DNA of 64,000 bases from Planctomycetota bacterium (GCA_020851795.1 JADZCA010000029.1:49271-113270); one strand, 5' to 3'; counted from the first letter of the stretch, positions 29,232 to 39,093 are shown. Numbers and translations are program-made. The notes: generated by a model not told the origin, from the letters alone.

Positions 29232-29828
29232 ATGGCGCCCATGGACGCAGGACGCTGCCGCTCGTGCGGACGGCCGTTCACCTCCGGCGAGGTGACCGGC
29301 GTGGGCATCCTGCGTCCGCGCCCGGCGACGGCCGGCGGTCCGTTCGTCGAGTTCGCCTGCCCGGGCTGCAAGACGGTGCTGCGCCTCGTGCCACACGGCC
29401 AAGGTCGCTACGGCGTGCCCGGCGCGCCGCCGCCACCTCCCCCGAGCGAAGACGCGCGCCGCGTCCCTTGGACGCGGGCCACGACCGGCACCGCCGAGCG
29501 CGAGGCGCCCGCGGCGCGGCCCGCGCCGCCCCCGCGCGCCGCCCGCGCGCACGACGAAGGGCCGGCCCCCGAGCCGGAACGCGCGCCGCCGCCGCGCCGC
29601 GAGGGCGCGGCGCCGACCGAGGAGGACCCGAAGGACGCGCTGGCCGCGCTCCGCGTGCTGGGCGTGCGCGAGACCGCGACGATCGCCGAGATCGAGAGCG
29701 CGTACCGCGACCTCGCGCTGCGCTGCCATCCCGACAAGGTCGCGCACCTCGACCCCGACTTCGTCGCGCTCGCCGAGCGCAAGTTCCGTCGTCTGCAGGC
29801 CGCGCGCGACCTGCTGCTCGGGTCCTGA
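29232..29828 (+). CDS. J-domain (DnaJ-like) protein with N-terminal MJ0042-type zinc ribbon
   Basis: 'CRSCGRPFTS...FACPGCKTVLRL' is CxxC...CxxC. C-terminal 'IAEIESAYRDLALRCHPDKVAHLDPDFVALAERKFRRLQAARDLL' is a J domain with HPD. Pro-rich linker. Confidence 0.65.
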   Translation: MAPMDAGRCRSCGRPFTSGEVTGVGILRPRPATAGGPFVEFACPGCKTVLRLVPHGQGRYGVPGAPPPPPPSEDARRVPWTRATTGTAEREAPAARPAPPPRAARAHDEGPAPEPERAPPPRREGAAPTEEDPKDALAALRVLGVRETATIAEIESAYRDLALRCHPDKVAHLDPDFVALAERKFRRLQAARDLLLGS

Positions 29829-29830
29829 CC

Positions 29831-31660
29831 ATGGACGCGATGCGCGTCGAGCGCTGCGGCGGATGCGGGGCCCGCTACAACGTGACGCGGCTCGCGCCGG
29901 GCTCGCGCTTCGCGTGCCGCCGCTGCGGCGGGGTCGTCGTCGTCAGCGTGACGCCGGACGCGTCGTCGCCGCCGCGCACGCCGCGCGCGCCGTTCGTCGT
30001 CGGCGGCCTGCTGCTCCTCGTCGCGGCGGTGGCGCGCTCGTGGCCGGGCGTCGTCGCCGGCGCGCCCGACGACCCGTGGGGCCGCGTCGTGCTCGGGCTC
30101 CCGCTCGTGGACGCGACCTCGCTCGCCTGGCTCGCGCTCACCGGCGGCCTCGCGCTCGCCGCCGCGGCGCCCGCCGCGGGACGCGGCCTGCACGGCGTGC
30201 TCGCCGTCGCCGCGCTGACGATGTTCCTGCGCTCGCACGCCCCCGACGGCGCGATGTTCCTGCTGCGGGCCCCCGCGCCGCTCGCGGGTGCGGCGCTCGC
30301 CGCGCTCGGCGCGGGCGCGCTCCTGCTCGGCGCCTCGGCGCCGACGGCCCGCGGCACGGCCCGCCCGTTCGTGCTCGGCGGTGCGCTCGCCTTCGTCGCG
30401 GCGCTCGCGACGACGCCGGGCGCGCACGGCGCGTCGTCGCTCGCGGCGCGGGCCGACGACGTGGTCGCCTGGCTCGTCGCCGTGTGGCGGGGCGACGAGG
30501 GACGCGACGCGGGGTCCGCGTGGCCCCACGCGCTGCCCGACACGCTGGTCGCGCTCGGCGCGCTCGCGGCCGGGCTCGCGGTCCTGTGGCCCGGGCGCCG
30601 GACCGGCGGCGTGTCGCGCACGGCGGGGCGGCTCGCCTACGCGGCGTTCCTCGTCGCGCTCGCCGCGCCGGGGCTCGCCGACGCGTGGGCCGTGCGTGAC
30701 CGGTGGCTCGCCGGCGACGGCGCGTCCGTCGTCGCCGCGCAGGTCGCGGCGACCGCGCTCGACCGCGGGCTCGCGCCGTGGCTCGTGCTCTCGGCGCTGG
30801 CCGCGACCGCGGCGCTCCCGCGGGGCGGCACGCCGCGCGGCACCGCCTCCACGGGGCTCGCGCACCTCGCGGTGGCCGGCGCGGCCGCGGCCCTGCTCGT
30901 CGCGGCGCGAGGCGCGGGGTCCGCGACGCTCGACGCCGTGCACGCGCTCGCCGCCGACGTCGCCCGGGCGCCGGCGACCGCGCAGCACACGGCCCTGCTC
31001 GTCGCCGGCGGCGCGGCGCTGCTGCTCGCGACGGTGCGCCCGCTGCGCCGTCGCGGCGGGCCCGCCTTCGGCGTGCTCGCGCTCGCGCTGGCGGCCACCG
31101 ACCTCGGCGTGCCCAGCGTCGGCGTGCCGCGGGCCGCGTGGGCCGTGCTCGTCGCGGCGGTCGGCGGTGCGATGGTGGCCCGGCGCGGCGCGCGCTGGGA
31201 CGGACGCGGGCGCGTCCCCGTGCTCGTCGCGGCCGGCACGCTCGTCGCGCTGCTCGCGTTCCCCGTCCACGGTCCCGAGGCCGAGGGCGGCGCGTACACG
31301 TCGGCGCTCTCGGCGCTCGTCGCCGCGTGCACGCCGACCGACGCCACGACGTCGTGGTGGACCGTCGCCCTCGACCCCGACGTCGCGCTCCCCGCGTGCG
31401 CGGCGGTCGCCGTGGCGGCCGCGCTCCTCGCGTCCGCGACCGGCCCGCGCACGCCCCTCGTCGGCCTCGCCGTGCTGGCCGCGGTCGTCGCCGCCGTGCA
31501 CGGCCCCGTGGCCGCGGCGGTGGGCGCCGCGGGCCCCGCGCCGACCCCGTGGGACGCGCTGCTCGCCGCCGCGGCGCACGCCGTCGGGGCGACCGCGGTC
31601 CCGGCCGCCCTCGGCGCCCTCGCGGCGTCGGGCGACGCCGTGGGCGGCCGGCCCGGCTGA
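29831..31660 (+). CDS. Zinc-ribbon (MJ0042-like) polytopic membrane protein (610 aa)
   Basis: 'MDAMRVERCGGCGARYNVTRLAPGSRFACRRCGGVVVV' followed by more than 10 hydrophobic segments. ATG is 2 nt after the J-protein stop. Same frame as the track's 813-aa ORF. Confidence 0.55.
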   Translation: MDAMRVERCGGCGARYNVTRLAPGSRFACRRCGGVVVVSVTPDASSPPRTPRAPFVVGGLLLLVAAVARSWPGVVAGAPDDPWGRVVLGLPLVDATSLAWLALTGGLALAAAAPAAGRGLHGVLAVAALTMFLRSHAPDGAMFLLRAPAPLAGAALAALGAGALLLGASAPTARGTARPFVLGGALAFVAALATTPGAHGASSLAARADDVVAWLVAVWRGDEGRDAGSAWPHALPDTLVALGALAAGLAVLWPGRRTGGVSRTAGRLAYAAFLVALAAPGLADAWAVRDRWLAGDGASVVAAQVAATALDRGLAPWLVLSALAATAALPRGGTPRGTASTGLAHLAVAGAAAALLVAARGAGSATLDAVHALAADVARAPATAQHTALLVAGGAALLLATVRPLRRRGGPAFGVLALALAATDLGVPSVGVPRAAWAVLVAAVGGAMVARRGARWDGRGRVPVLVAAGTLVALLAFPVHGPEAEGGAYTSALSALVAACTPTDATTSWWTVALDPDVALPACAAVAVAAALLASATGPRTPLVGLAVLAAVVAAVHGPVAAAVGAAGPAPTPWDALLAAAAHAVGATAVPAALGALAASGDAVGGRPG

Positions 31661-31745
31661 CCGGTCGCCAGATCCAGCGAACCCTCCACGCGGTCGGGCA
31701 CGTTTCAATGAAGGCCGGATCGGCACGCCCCCCGCTGGAGCCCTC

Positions 31746-33470
31746 GTGATCGTCCTGCGCATCGACGTCCGCGGTCACAGCGCCGACGTGCGGTGGTCGG
31801 GCGCCGAAGCCGTCGTCGGCGCCGGCGAGCGGGCGGCGATCCAGCGCGACGACGCCGGCTGGGCCCCTCGCGAAGCGGTCTTGATCCACCGGGGCGACGA
31901 GGTGCTGCTCGTGCCCGCCGACGGGCGCGACCCGGTCCGCCTGCGCGTCGGCGACTCGACCCGCCTCGGCGCGGCGACGCTCACGCTCGTCGGGCTCGTG
32001 CCGCTGCCGCCCGAGGCCGACGACGAGGAGGCGCCGACGCCCGTCGCGCGGGCCCGCACCGACCTCCCGACGCCGACGCCGGCCTTCGCGCTCGAGCCCG
32101 ACCCCCGCGCCGTGCCCGCGACGAGCGGCACGGCCGCCGCGAGCGCCGCGTCGGGCCCCGCCCCCGTGACGACGCCGTCTCCCGCCGGCGGCGCGGCGCC
32201 CGTCCCGCCGCGCACGCTGCGCCCGTCGAGCTTCGAGGACGAGCTCCTCAGCGTGCTGCGCCGCTCGCCGTGGTGGGCGATCTCCGTCGCCGTCCACGCC
32301 CTCGTGATCGTGGCGCTGATGCTGTTCGTGCCCGAACGGCCGCTGCGCGACCTGCGCCTGCCGACCTACGGGCTCGTCCACGCGACCGACCCCAACGAGG
32401 ACCCGCTGCTGTCGGGCGGCGTCGAGGACCCCGAGCCCACGGTCGAGGAGCCCGAGGAGCGGACGGCGCCCGAGCCCGAGCCCCTGCCGCCCACCGAGCG
32501 CGACCTCGAGCCCCTCCCCGACGTCTCGTCCCGCGACACGACGCCGGCGCCGATCGACCCGCCGCCGGAGGAGGACACGGCGCCGCCGGTCGTGCTCGTC
32601 GGCCCCTCGGGCGCGGCCCCGTCGCTGCGCGTCGCGCCGAAGAACGCGCTGTCGAAGCCGACGTCGAAGAACGACCTCGACGGCCTCAACGCCGACGAAC
32701 AGCGCGCGCTCGAGGTCAACCGGCAGGCGGCCGCGCGCGTGCGCGACGCGATCGAGCGCGGCGGCGGCGCGCTGGGCAAGGTGCTCAAGGGGCTGCGCTC
32801 GAGCGACGTGCTCGTCGTGCGCGGCACCTTCGACCACATGGAGACCGTGCTCGAGGAGCTCGGCGTCCCGTTCGTGCTGCGGGCGCCGTCCGAGGTCGCC
32901 GCCGAGGGCGGGCTCTCGCGCCACAAGGTCGTCTTCTGGAACTGCGGCGAGAACGTGCTCGCCCCCCACCTGCAGACCCGCGCCGTCGAGGCCGTGCGCG
33001 CGTTCGTGCGCGACGGCGGCTACTTGTTCACCACCGACTGGGCGCTCGCCAACCTCGTCATCCCCGCGTTCCCGGGCTTCCTCGCCACCGAGGGCCGCAT
33101 CCGCCCGCTCCCCGAGCTCATCGTCACGGTCGTCGCGCCGGCCGCGGCGCAGGGCCACGCCCTGCTCGACGGCGTGCTCGAGGAGGACGCGCCGCCGCGC
33201 TGGTGGCTCGAGTCGGCCTCGTTCGACGTGAAGGTGCTCAAGCGCGACGCGGTGGAGGTGCTGCTCGAGGCGCCCGCGCTGGAGCGCCCGCCGCTCCTCC
33301 GCAGCCCGGTCGTCGCGGCGACGTTCAGCTACGGGCGCGGGCGCGTGCTGCACGTGATGGGGCACTACTACCAGCAGAAGGGCAACCTCGCGGGCGCGGT
33401 CGGCGCCCAGCGCCTGCCGCTCAACTTCGTGCGCCTGCGGGTCGAGCAGGACAAGACGCCGACGCGCTGA
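31746..33470 (+). CDS. FHA-like domain membrane protein with C-terminal putative class-I amidotransferase/ThuA-like domain
   Basis: GGAG RBS 6 nt before the GTG. N-terminus 'VLRIDVRGHSADVRW...EAVLIHRGDEVLLVPADG...RLRVGDSTRLG' is FHA-like. TM 'WWAISVAVHALVIVALMLFV'. C-terminus 'HKVVFWNCGENVLAPHL...VRDGGYLFTTDWALANL...RVLHVMGHY'. Confidence 0.55.
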   Translation: MIVLRIDVRGHSADVRWSGAEAVVGAGERAAIQRDDAGWAPREAVLIHRGDEVLLVPADGRDPVRLRVGDSTRLGAATLTLVGLVPLPPEADDEEAPTPVARARTDLPTPTPAFALEPDPRAVPATSGTAAASAASGPAPVTTPSPAGGAAPVPPRTLRPSSFEDELLSVLRRSPWWAISVAVHALVIVALMLFVPERPLRDLRLPTYGLVHATDPNEDPLLSGGVEDPEPTVEEPEERTAPEPEPLPPTERDLEPLPDVSSRDTTPAPIDPPPEEDTAPPVVLVGPSGAAPSLRVAPKNALSKPTSKNDLDGLNADEQRALEVNRQAAARVRDAIERGGGALGKVLKGLRSSDVLVVRGTFDHMETVLEELGVPFVLRAPSEVAAEGGLSRHKVVFWNCGENVLAPHLQTRAVEAVRAFVRDGGYLFTTDWALANLVIPAFPGFLATEGRIRPLPELIVTVVAPAAAQGHALLDGVLEEDAPPRWWLESASFDVKVLKRDAVEVLLEAPALERPPLLRSPVVAATFSYGRGRVLHVMGHYYQQKGNLAGAVGAQRLPLNFVRLRVEQDKTPTR

Positions 33471-33505
33471 CGCGCGCGCGGCCCGGGCCCCGTACACTCG
33501 CCGAC

Positions 33506-34402
33506 GTGGACCCCAAGGCCGTCGTCGAGCTCGTCCGTCCCTTCACCATGCTGGCCCCCGCGGTGGGCGTGCTCTGCGGCGCCGGCGCCGCCGCGGCGCG
33601 CACGGGCACGCGCTTCGACCCCGGCCTCGTCGGGCTCGCGATCGCCGCCGCCGTGCTCGCCAACGGCGCGAGCAACGCGTGGAACCAGGCGTTCGACGCC
33701 GACATCGACCGCGTGAACAAGCCGCAGCGCCCGGTCCCGTCGGGCCGCGCGACGGTGCGCGGCGCGCTGCGCCTCGGTCACCTCTGCGCCGTCGGCGGGC
33801 TCGCGGTCGCGGCGCTGCACGCGCTCCTCGTCGGCCACCCGGCCTTCCTCGCGTGCGTCCTCGTGGGCGTCGTCGCGACGTGGGCGTACAGCGCACCGCC
33901 GCTGCGCACGAAGGCGCGCCTGTGGCTCGCCAACCCCACGATCGCGCTGCCGCGCGGCTTCCTCGTCCCCGTGGCCGGGTGGTCCGTGCTCGCGTGGCCG
34001 GGGACGCCCGAGCCGTTCGCGCTCGGGCTCGTGCCGGGGCTCTTCGTGCTCGGCGCCGCCACGACCAAGGACTTCGCCGACGTGGACGGCGACCGCGCGC
34101 ACGGCTGCCGGACGCTGCCCGTCGTGCTCGGGGCCGAGCGCGCGGCGCGGGTCGTCGCACCGTTCCTCGTCGCGCCGTTCGTGCTCTACCCGTTGCTCTC
34201 GCTCGCGGGCCTGCTCGCGCGGCCCTTCGTCGCGTGGGCGGCCGTCGGGACGCTGCTCGGCGCCGGCGGGGCGTGGACGGCGCGCGCGCTGCTCGCCGAC
34301 CCGCGCTCGCTCGCGACCGAGCGCAACCACCCGGCGTGGCGCGGGATGTACCTGCTGATGGTCGCCAACCAGCTCGCGGTGCTCGCCGTCTACGCGCTCT
34401 GA
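33506..34402 (+). CDS. UbiA-family prenyltransferase
   Basis: 'ELVRPFTMLAPAVGVLCGA' N-terminal helix. 'NAWNQAFDADIDRVNKPQRPVPSG' Asp-rich motif (NxxxDxxxD). Second motif 'KDFADVDGDRAHG'. 8-9 TM segments. Confidence 0.75.
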   Translation: MDPKAVVELVRPFTMLAPAVGVLCGAGAAAARTGTRFDPGLVGLAIAAAVLANGASNAWNQAFDADIDRVNKPQRPVPSGRATVRGALRLGHLCAVGGLAVAALHALLVGHPAFLACVLVGVVATWAYSAPPLRTKARLWLANPTIALPRGFLVPVAGWSVLAWPGTPEPFALGLVPGLFVLGAATTKDFADVDGDRAHGCRTLPVVLGAERAARVVAPFLVAPFVLYPLLSLAGLLARPFVAWAAVGTLLGAGGAWTARALLADPRSLATERNHPAWRGMYLLMVANQLAVLAVYAL

Positions 34403-34460
34403 GCGCGCGCGACGGGCCGCCGCCCGCGCGCGCCGACGGCGCGGGCGGGCGCCCGCGCCG

Positions 34461-35495
34461 TCAGGCGAGCTTCACGCAGCGGAAGCCGATGTTCTCGAAC
34501 TTGTCCTTGGCCGACTGCTCGAGGCGCGCGTCGGCGCGCAGGAACTCGGGCGTGTCGCTGTAGCAGCCGCCCTTGACGACGAGGAGGCCTTCGCCGTCGG
34601 CGGCGGGCGTGGACGTCCACTCCCACACGTTGCCCGCGAGGTCGAGCGCGCCGCACGGGCTCGCGCCGCGCACGCTCGCCTGCACCGGCGCGGTGCCGCC
34701 CGTCTCCGCGTCGCGGCCGAAGCACGCGTGCTCCTCGGTCGGCGCGGCCTCGCCCCACGGGAACGAGCGCCCGTCGGTGCCGCGCGCGGCCTTCTCCCAC
34801 TGCTCCTCGGTGGGCAGGTCCTTGCCGGCCCACTTGCAGTACTTGAGCGCGTCCGCGGCGCTGACGCCGACCACCGGCTGCTCCGGCCCGTTGAAGCGCG
34901 GGTCGGTCCAGCACTTGGGCCAGCGGTACTGCGTCGCGCGGCAGAACGCGCCGTACTGACGGTTCGTGACGGGGAACTTGTCCACGTAGAACGCGCCGAG
35001 CGACTTCGGCACGCGGTCCGCGCCGAAGAGGAACGGACCCGGCGCGACGAGCAGCATCGGGCCGTGCTCGTCGATCTCCTTCGGGAGCGTGACGGCGACG
35101 GGCGCCATCGGCGCGGGCGCGTCGCCCAGCGGCTCGAGCGCGACGCCGATGTCCTCGAAGAACCCTTCGATGTCGGCGAGCCGGTCGTCGACCGCGTCCC
35201 ACGCTTCACCGGAGAGCTTGCGGCTGTGCTCGAGCCACCAGCGCGCGCGGCGGAAGTAGTCGGCGCGCTTCGTCTCGTCGTCGAAGGCGAAGCCGAGCTC
35301 GAACAGCAGGATGCCGACGTAGTAGCACTCGGGGTTGTCGAGGTTGGCAGGGCGCCGGTAGTGCTCCTCGAGCACCCGCAGCGCGGCCTCCTCGTCGAGA
35401 ACGCCGTGCTCTCCGGGGTCGATGTACTTGAGGTACACGTACTCCGAGATCTTGCGAATCTGGTCGGTCACGAGCGCTCCGTCGGCCCCCGGCAT
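34461..35495 (-). CDS. Formylglycine-generating-enzyme (FGE-sulfatase / SUMF1) family protein with extra N-terminal domain
   Basis: C-terminal 'FLFGADRVPKSLGAFYVDKFPVTNRQYGAFC...GNVWEWTS...GGCYSDTPEFLRADAR' matches the FGE-sulfatase domain. Confidence 0.8.
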   Translation of the reverse strand: MPGADGALVTDQIRKISEYVYLKYIDPGEHGVLDEEAALRVLEEHYRRPANLDNPECYYVGILLFELGFAFDDETKRADYFRRARWWLEHSRKLSGEAWDAVDDRLADIEGFFEDIGVALEPLGDAPAPMAPVAVTLPKEIDEHGPMLLVAPGPFLFGADRVPKSLGAFYVDKFPVTNRQYGAFCRATQYRWPKCWTDPRFNGPEQPVVGVSAADALKYCKWAGKDLPTEEQWEKAARGTDGRSFPWGEAAPTEEHACFGRDAETGGTAPVQASVRGASPCGALDLAGNVWEWTSTPAADGEGLLVVKGGCYSDTPEFLRADARLEQSAKDKFENIGFRCVKLA

Positions 35496-35894
35496 CGAGG
35501 CGAAGAGGGCCCACGGTAGGAGGGCCGCGGACGGTCGTCAAAGCCCGACCCGAGCGGGTGTCCCCGACCGGTGTCCCCTCCCGGACCCATCCGCCGCACA
35601 GAACGAGCGGCGCCGCACGGTCGGCGGCCGCCGGCCCACCCTCCGAGGGGGGATGCGCGCCCGCCCGCGGTCCGAGCGAGGGCCCCGGGCGACCGTTTCG
35701 TCGCAACCTGTTGCCGGGCCATTGGTTACGTAAGACCGACGCCACTTGAAGGCCGCCCACCCCGCCGCGGGCGACGCTCCGAGGCGGATTCTCTGTGACC
35801 CGAGACGGCTTCCGCGCGTCTGAAAGGGTGCGCGCGCGGCGCAACACCTCCGTCGCCCGGCCCGTCGTCGGCCCCCTCGGGCCCCGGCAGAGCT

Positions 35895-35910
35895 TGGCAC
35901 AGGGGTTGCT
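35895..35910 (+). promoter_or_regulatory. Candidate sigma-54 (RpoN) promoter TGGCAC-N5-TTGCT, ~35 nt upstream of the DUF2203 gene
   Basis: cTTGGCACaggggTTGCTcc read directly. It fits the -24/-12 consensus TGGCAC-N5-TTGCW exactly. Confidence 0.45.
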
Positions 35911-35945
35911 CCAATGCCGCTGTCCGGCCCGTTTGGAGTCCCGCC

Positions 35946-36359
35946 ATGAAAGGCAAGATCTTCACCGTCGACGAGGCGAACCGCATGCTGCCGTTGGTCG
36001 CCCGGATCGCGGACGACATCGTCCGCACGTACGGGGAGGTCAACACGGCGCTCCAGGCCTACGAGGCGGCCAAGGCGGCCGCCGGCGGGGACGACGCGAG
36101 CGAGGCCGAGCTGCGCCGGCGCGACGCCGAGGTGGGCGAGGTCCTCGACCGCTTCCAGGCCCTGATCCAGGAGATCGAGGCCCTCGGCGGCACCGTCAAG
36201 GACTACGAGCGCGGGTTCATCGACTTCTACGGCGACGTCGCCGGAGAGATCGTCTACCTCTGCTGGACCCGCGGCGAGACCTCGATCGGCCACTGGCACC
36301 GCCTCGAAGAGGGCTACGCCAAGCGTCGGGCGCTGCCCGTGCTGGGCGCGGCCGCCTGA
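35946..36359 (+). CDS. DUF2203-family protein
   Basis: 'MKGKIFTVDEANRMLPLVARIADDIV...FQALIQEIEALGGTVKDYERGFIDFYGDVAGEIVYLCWTRGETSIGHWH' resembles the DUF2203 family. Confidence 0.65.
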   Translation: MKGKIFTVDEANRMLPLVARIADDIVRTYGEVNTALQAYEAAKAAAGGDDASEAELRRRDAEVGEVLDRFQALIQEIEALGGTVKDYERGFIDFYGDVAGEIVYLCWTRGETSIGHWHRLEEGYAKRRALPVLGAAA

Positions 36360-36483
36360 CGCCTTCCGGGACCGCCCCCCCGGGTCGGCGGTCGCCGCGC
36401 GCCTGTCCGGTTCGCGGCGCCGCCCTATACTCCGCCGCTCCGTGCGACCCTCGGGCCGAGGCTCGCCGGAGCGGGAGGTTGCC

Positions 36484-37728
36484 GTGGACCCGAGCCTGAC
36501 GCCGTCGGCGCAGACCTGGAAGGAGAAGGCGCGCGAGTTCTCCGAGCGCTTCGTCCGGCCGGTCGCGGCCAAGTACGACCGCCTCCAGGAGTACCCCTGG
36601 GAGGTGAAGAGCAAGCTCGCCGAGCACGGCTTCATGGGGGTCTGGATCCCCAAGGAGTACGGCGGCCAGGGCGGCGGCGTGCTCGACCTCTGCGTGGTCG
36701 TCGAGGAGATCGCGCGCGGCTGCGGCGGCATGGGCGTCATGTACGCCGTCAACGCGCTCGGCTCGTTCCCGATCATCCTCGGCGGCACGGAGGCGCAGAA
36801 GCGCAAGTACCTCCCCGAGATCGCCGCGGGCCGCAAGCTCATCGCGTTCGGGCTCTCCGAGCGCGGTGCCGGCTCGGACGCGGGCGGGCTCTCGACGCGC
36901 GCGGTCGTCGACGGCGGCACGATCACCGTGGACGGCGACAAGAAGTGGACGACCAACGGCGGCGCCGCCGACGTCTACACCGTCTTCGCGGTGTCCGACC
37001 CCGAGTCGCGCAGCCGCCGCATCAGCGGCGTGATCGTCGAGAAGGGCGACCCGGGCTTCGAGATCGGGCGCGCCGAGGACAAGATGGGCATCCGCTGCGT
37101 GCCCGTCGTCGAGCTGCACTTCCGCGGCTGCAAGGTGTCGACGGACCGCCTCCTCGGCGGCGAGCGCGGCTACGGCTTCAAGCACGCGATGATGACGCTC
37201 GACTGCGCACGCCCCGGCGTCGCAGCACAGGCGGTGGGCCTCGCGCAGGGCGCGCTCGAGTACGCGCTCGTCTACACGCAGAACCGCCAGCAGTTCGGCC
37301 AGCCCATCTCGAGCTTCCAGATGGTGCAGCAGATGCTCGCGGACATGGCGACGCGCGTCGAGGCGGCGCGCCAGCTCGTCTACGCGGCCGCGCGCGCGCT
37401 CGACGCGGGCCCCTCGGCGGGCGGCAACCCGACCAAGCTCGCGGCGCAGGCCAAGCTCTTCGCCACCGACGTCGCGATGGAAGTCACGACGAACGCGGTG
37501 CAGCTGCTCGGCGGGTACGGCTACATGCGCGACTACCCCGTCGAGAAGTACATGCGCGACGCGAAGATCACGCAGATCTACGAGGGCACCAACCAGGTGC
37601 AGCGCCTCGTCGTCGCCCGCGCCCTGCTCAAGGAGGCCATGGGGCTCGACGGCCTCAAGGCCTACATGCCGCTGCCGGACCACCCGAACACGGCGCTCGA
37701 CCGCGACCGCGCGGCCGGGCGCGCCTGA
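36484..37728 (+). CDS. Acyl-CoA dehydrogenase
   Basis: 'GFMGVWIPKEYGGQGGG...LSERGAGSDAGGL...KKWTTNGGAADVYTVFA...QLLGGYGYMRDYPVEKYMRDAKITQIYEGTNQVQRLVVAR' ACAD motifs. GGGAGG RBS 5 nt before GTG 36484. Confidence 0.85.
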   Translation: MDPSLTPSAQTWKEKAREFSERFVRPVAAKYDRLQEYPWEVKSKLAEHGFMGVWIPKEYGGQGGGVLDLCVVVEEIARGCGGMGVMYAVNALGSFPIILGGTEAQKRKYLPEIAAGRKLIAFGLSERGAGSDAGGLSTRAVVDGGTITVDGDKKWTTNGGAADVYTVFAVSDPESRSRRISGVIVEKGDPGFEIGRAEDKMGIRCVPVVELHFRGCKVSTDRLLGGERGYGFKHAMMTLDCARPGVAAQAVGLAQGALEYALVYTQNRQQFGQPISSFQMVQQMLADMATRVEAARQLVYAAARALDAGPSAGGNPTKLAAQAKLFATDVAMEVTTNAVQLLGGYGYMRDYPVEKYMRDAKITQIYEGTNQVQRLVVARALLKEAMGLDGLKAYMPLPDHPNTALDRDRAAGRA

Positions 37729-37779
37729 CCGAACCGACCCCCTCCGCGCGCCCAAGCGCCCGGACCCGGAGCCGTCCCG

Positions 37780-39093
37780 ATGGCCGACACCGCCTCCACC
37801 GCCAAGCCCGACGAGCACGCGCCGACGCTCGACCCGGCGCTCGCCCGCAAGGTCCGTCGCGTCGCGTGGATCGCGGCCGCCGCCCTCGTCGCCGGCACCG
37901 CGTGGTTCGTCTTCCGCGCCGTCAACGACACGAAGAGCGCGGAGCGCTGGGAGGCCCTCGACCGGGTCGAGCGGCGCTACTTCGACGACTCGACGCGCTC
38001 GTGGCTGCTGCCGACGACGTCGCCGGTGGACGCCCGCTCGCGCGACGAGCACGTGCGCGAGCTCGAGGAGTTCCTCGCCAAGAGCGAGGACGACGACGCG
38101 CTCGCCGCGCACCTGCATGCGCGCATCGCCGAGCTGCTCCTCACGCAGGTCTTCGGCCTCACCGCCGGCGGCTCGCGCGAGCCGCTCGCGCCGCGCATGG
38201 ACGCCGCCAAGCGCCACCTCGAGACGCTGCGCGACCGCTACCCCGACGCGCAGGTGAACTGGAGCGCGTTCGCGCGCGGGCGCGCGGGCTCGGTCGTGCG
38301 CCTCGCGCTCGACACGCTCGAGCAGAACCGCCGCTGGTACGACAAGTACGGCCTCAAGTCCGTCGAGCCCGACGCGGACAACGTCGTCGTCCTGCGCACG
38401 ACCGAGGGCGACCTCGTCCTGCGCCTCTACGCGACGGCGAGCCCCGCCGCGGCGAAGGCGTTCCTCGACCTCGTCTGCTCCGGCGGCCTCGACGGCGTGC
38501 GGATCTTCGAGCGTCGCGACGACACCGACGAGTCGTGGGTGCGCGTCGGCGACGCGCGCACGAAGAAGGCCGACCCGACCGAGCAGGACCGCATCGCGTG
38601 GGCGGACGCGTCGCCGGGCGAGTCGCGCAACGCCGACGTCGGTCGCTACCGCGTGCTCCACACCAAGGGCGTCGTGACGTCCTGGCACGCGCCCGGTGAG
38701 CCCAACGACGACGCGCAGCAGTTCCTCTTCGTCACGAAGGACAGCCCGGGCCTCGACTTCGTCCACACGCCGTTCGCGCGCGTGGTGGACGGCCCGTCGA
38801 TGGCCACGCTCGAGCGCATCGCCGCGCGCGACACGCAGGTGAAGGCGACGCCCGACCTGCGCACCGACCCGAAGCGCTCGGCGCTCGCCGACCAGCTCGT
38901 CACGCCGGTCGTGATCAAGAAGGCGCTCGCCTACGAGAAGGGCGCGCTCCGCGCGTGCCACGACGCGTCGAAGGTGGACGCCGACGAGAAGTCGCTCGAC
39001 GGCTTGGTCGCCGACCGCCTCCGCGAGACGCCGCCGGCCCCGCCGGCCCCGCCGGCCGCGCCGCCCGCCGGCGGTGATGCCGCGATGAAGTAG
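37780..39093 (+). CDS. Membrane-anchored protein with cyclophilin-type peptidyl-prolyl isomerase-like domain
   Basis: TM 'VAWIAAAALVAGTAWFVF'. 'VVLRTTEGDLVLRLYATASPAAAKAFLDLVCSGGLDGVRIFER...WVRVGD...QFLFVTKDSPGLDFVHTPFARVVDG' is a cyclophilin-like fold. Confidence 0.6.
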   Translation: MADTASTAKPDEHAPTLDPALARKVRRVAWIAAAALVAGTAWFVFRAVNDTKSAERWEALDRVERRYFDDSTRSWLLPTTSPVDARSRDEHVRELEEFLAKSEDDDALAAHLHARIAELLLTQVFGLTAGGSREPLAPRMDAAKRHLETLRDRYPDAQVNWSAFARGRAGSVVRLALDTLEQNRRWYDKYGLKSVEPDADNVVVLRTTEGDLVLRLYATASPAAAKAFLDLVCSGGLDGVRIFERRDDTDESWVRVGDARTKKADPTEQDRIAWADASPGESRNADVGRYRVLHTKGVVTSWHAPGEPNDDAQQFLFVTKDSPGLDFVHTPFARVVDGPSMATLERIAARDTQVKATPDLRTDPKRSALADQLVTPVVIKKALAYEKGALRACHDASKVDADEKSLDGLVADRLRETPPAPPAPPAAPPAGGDAAMK

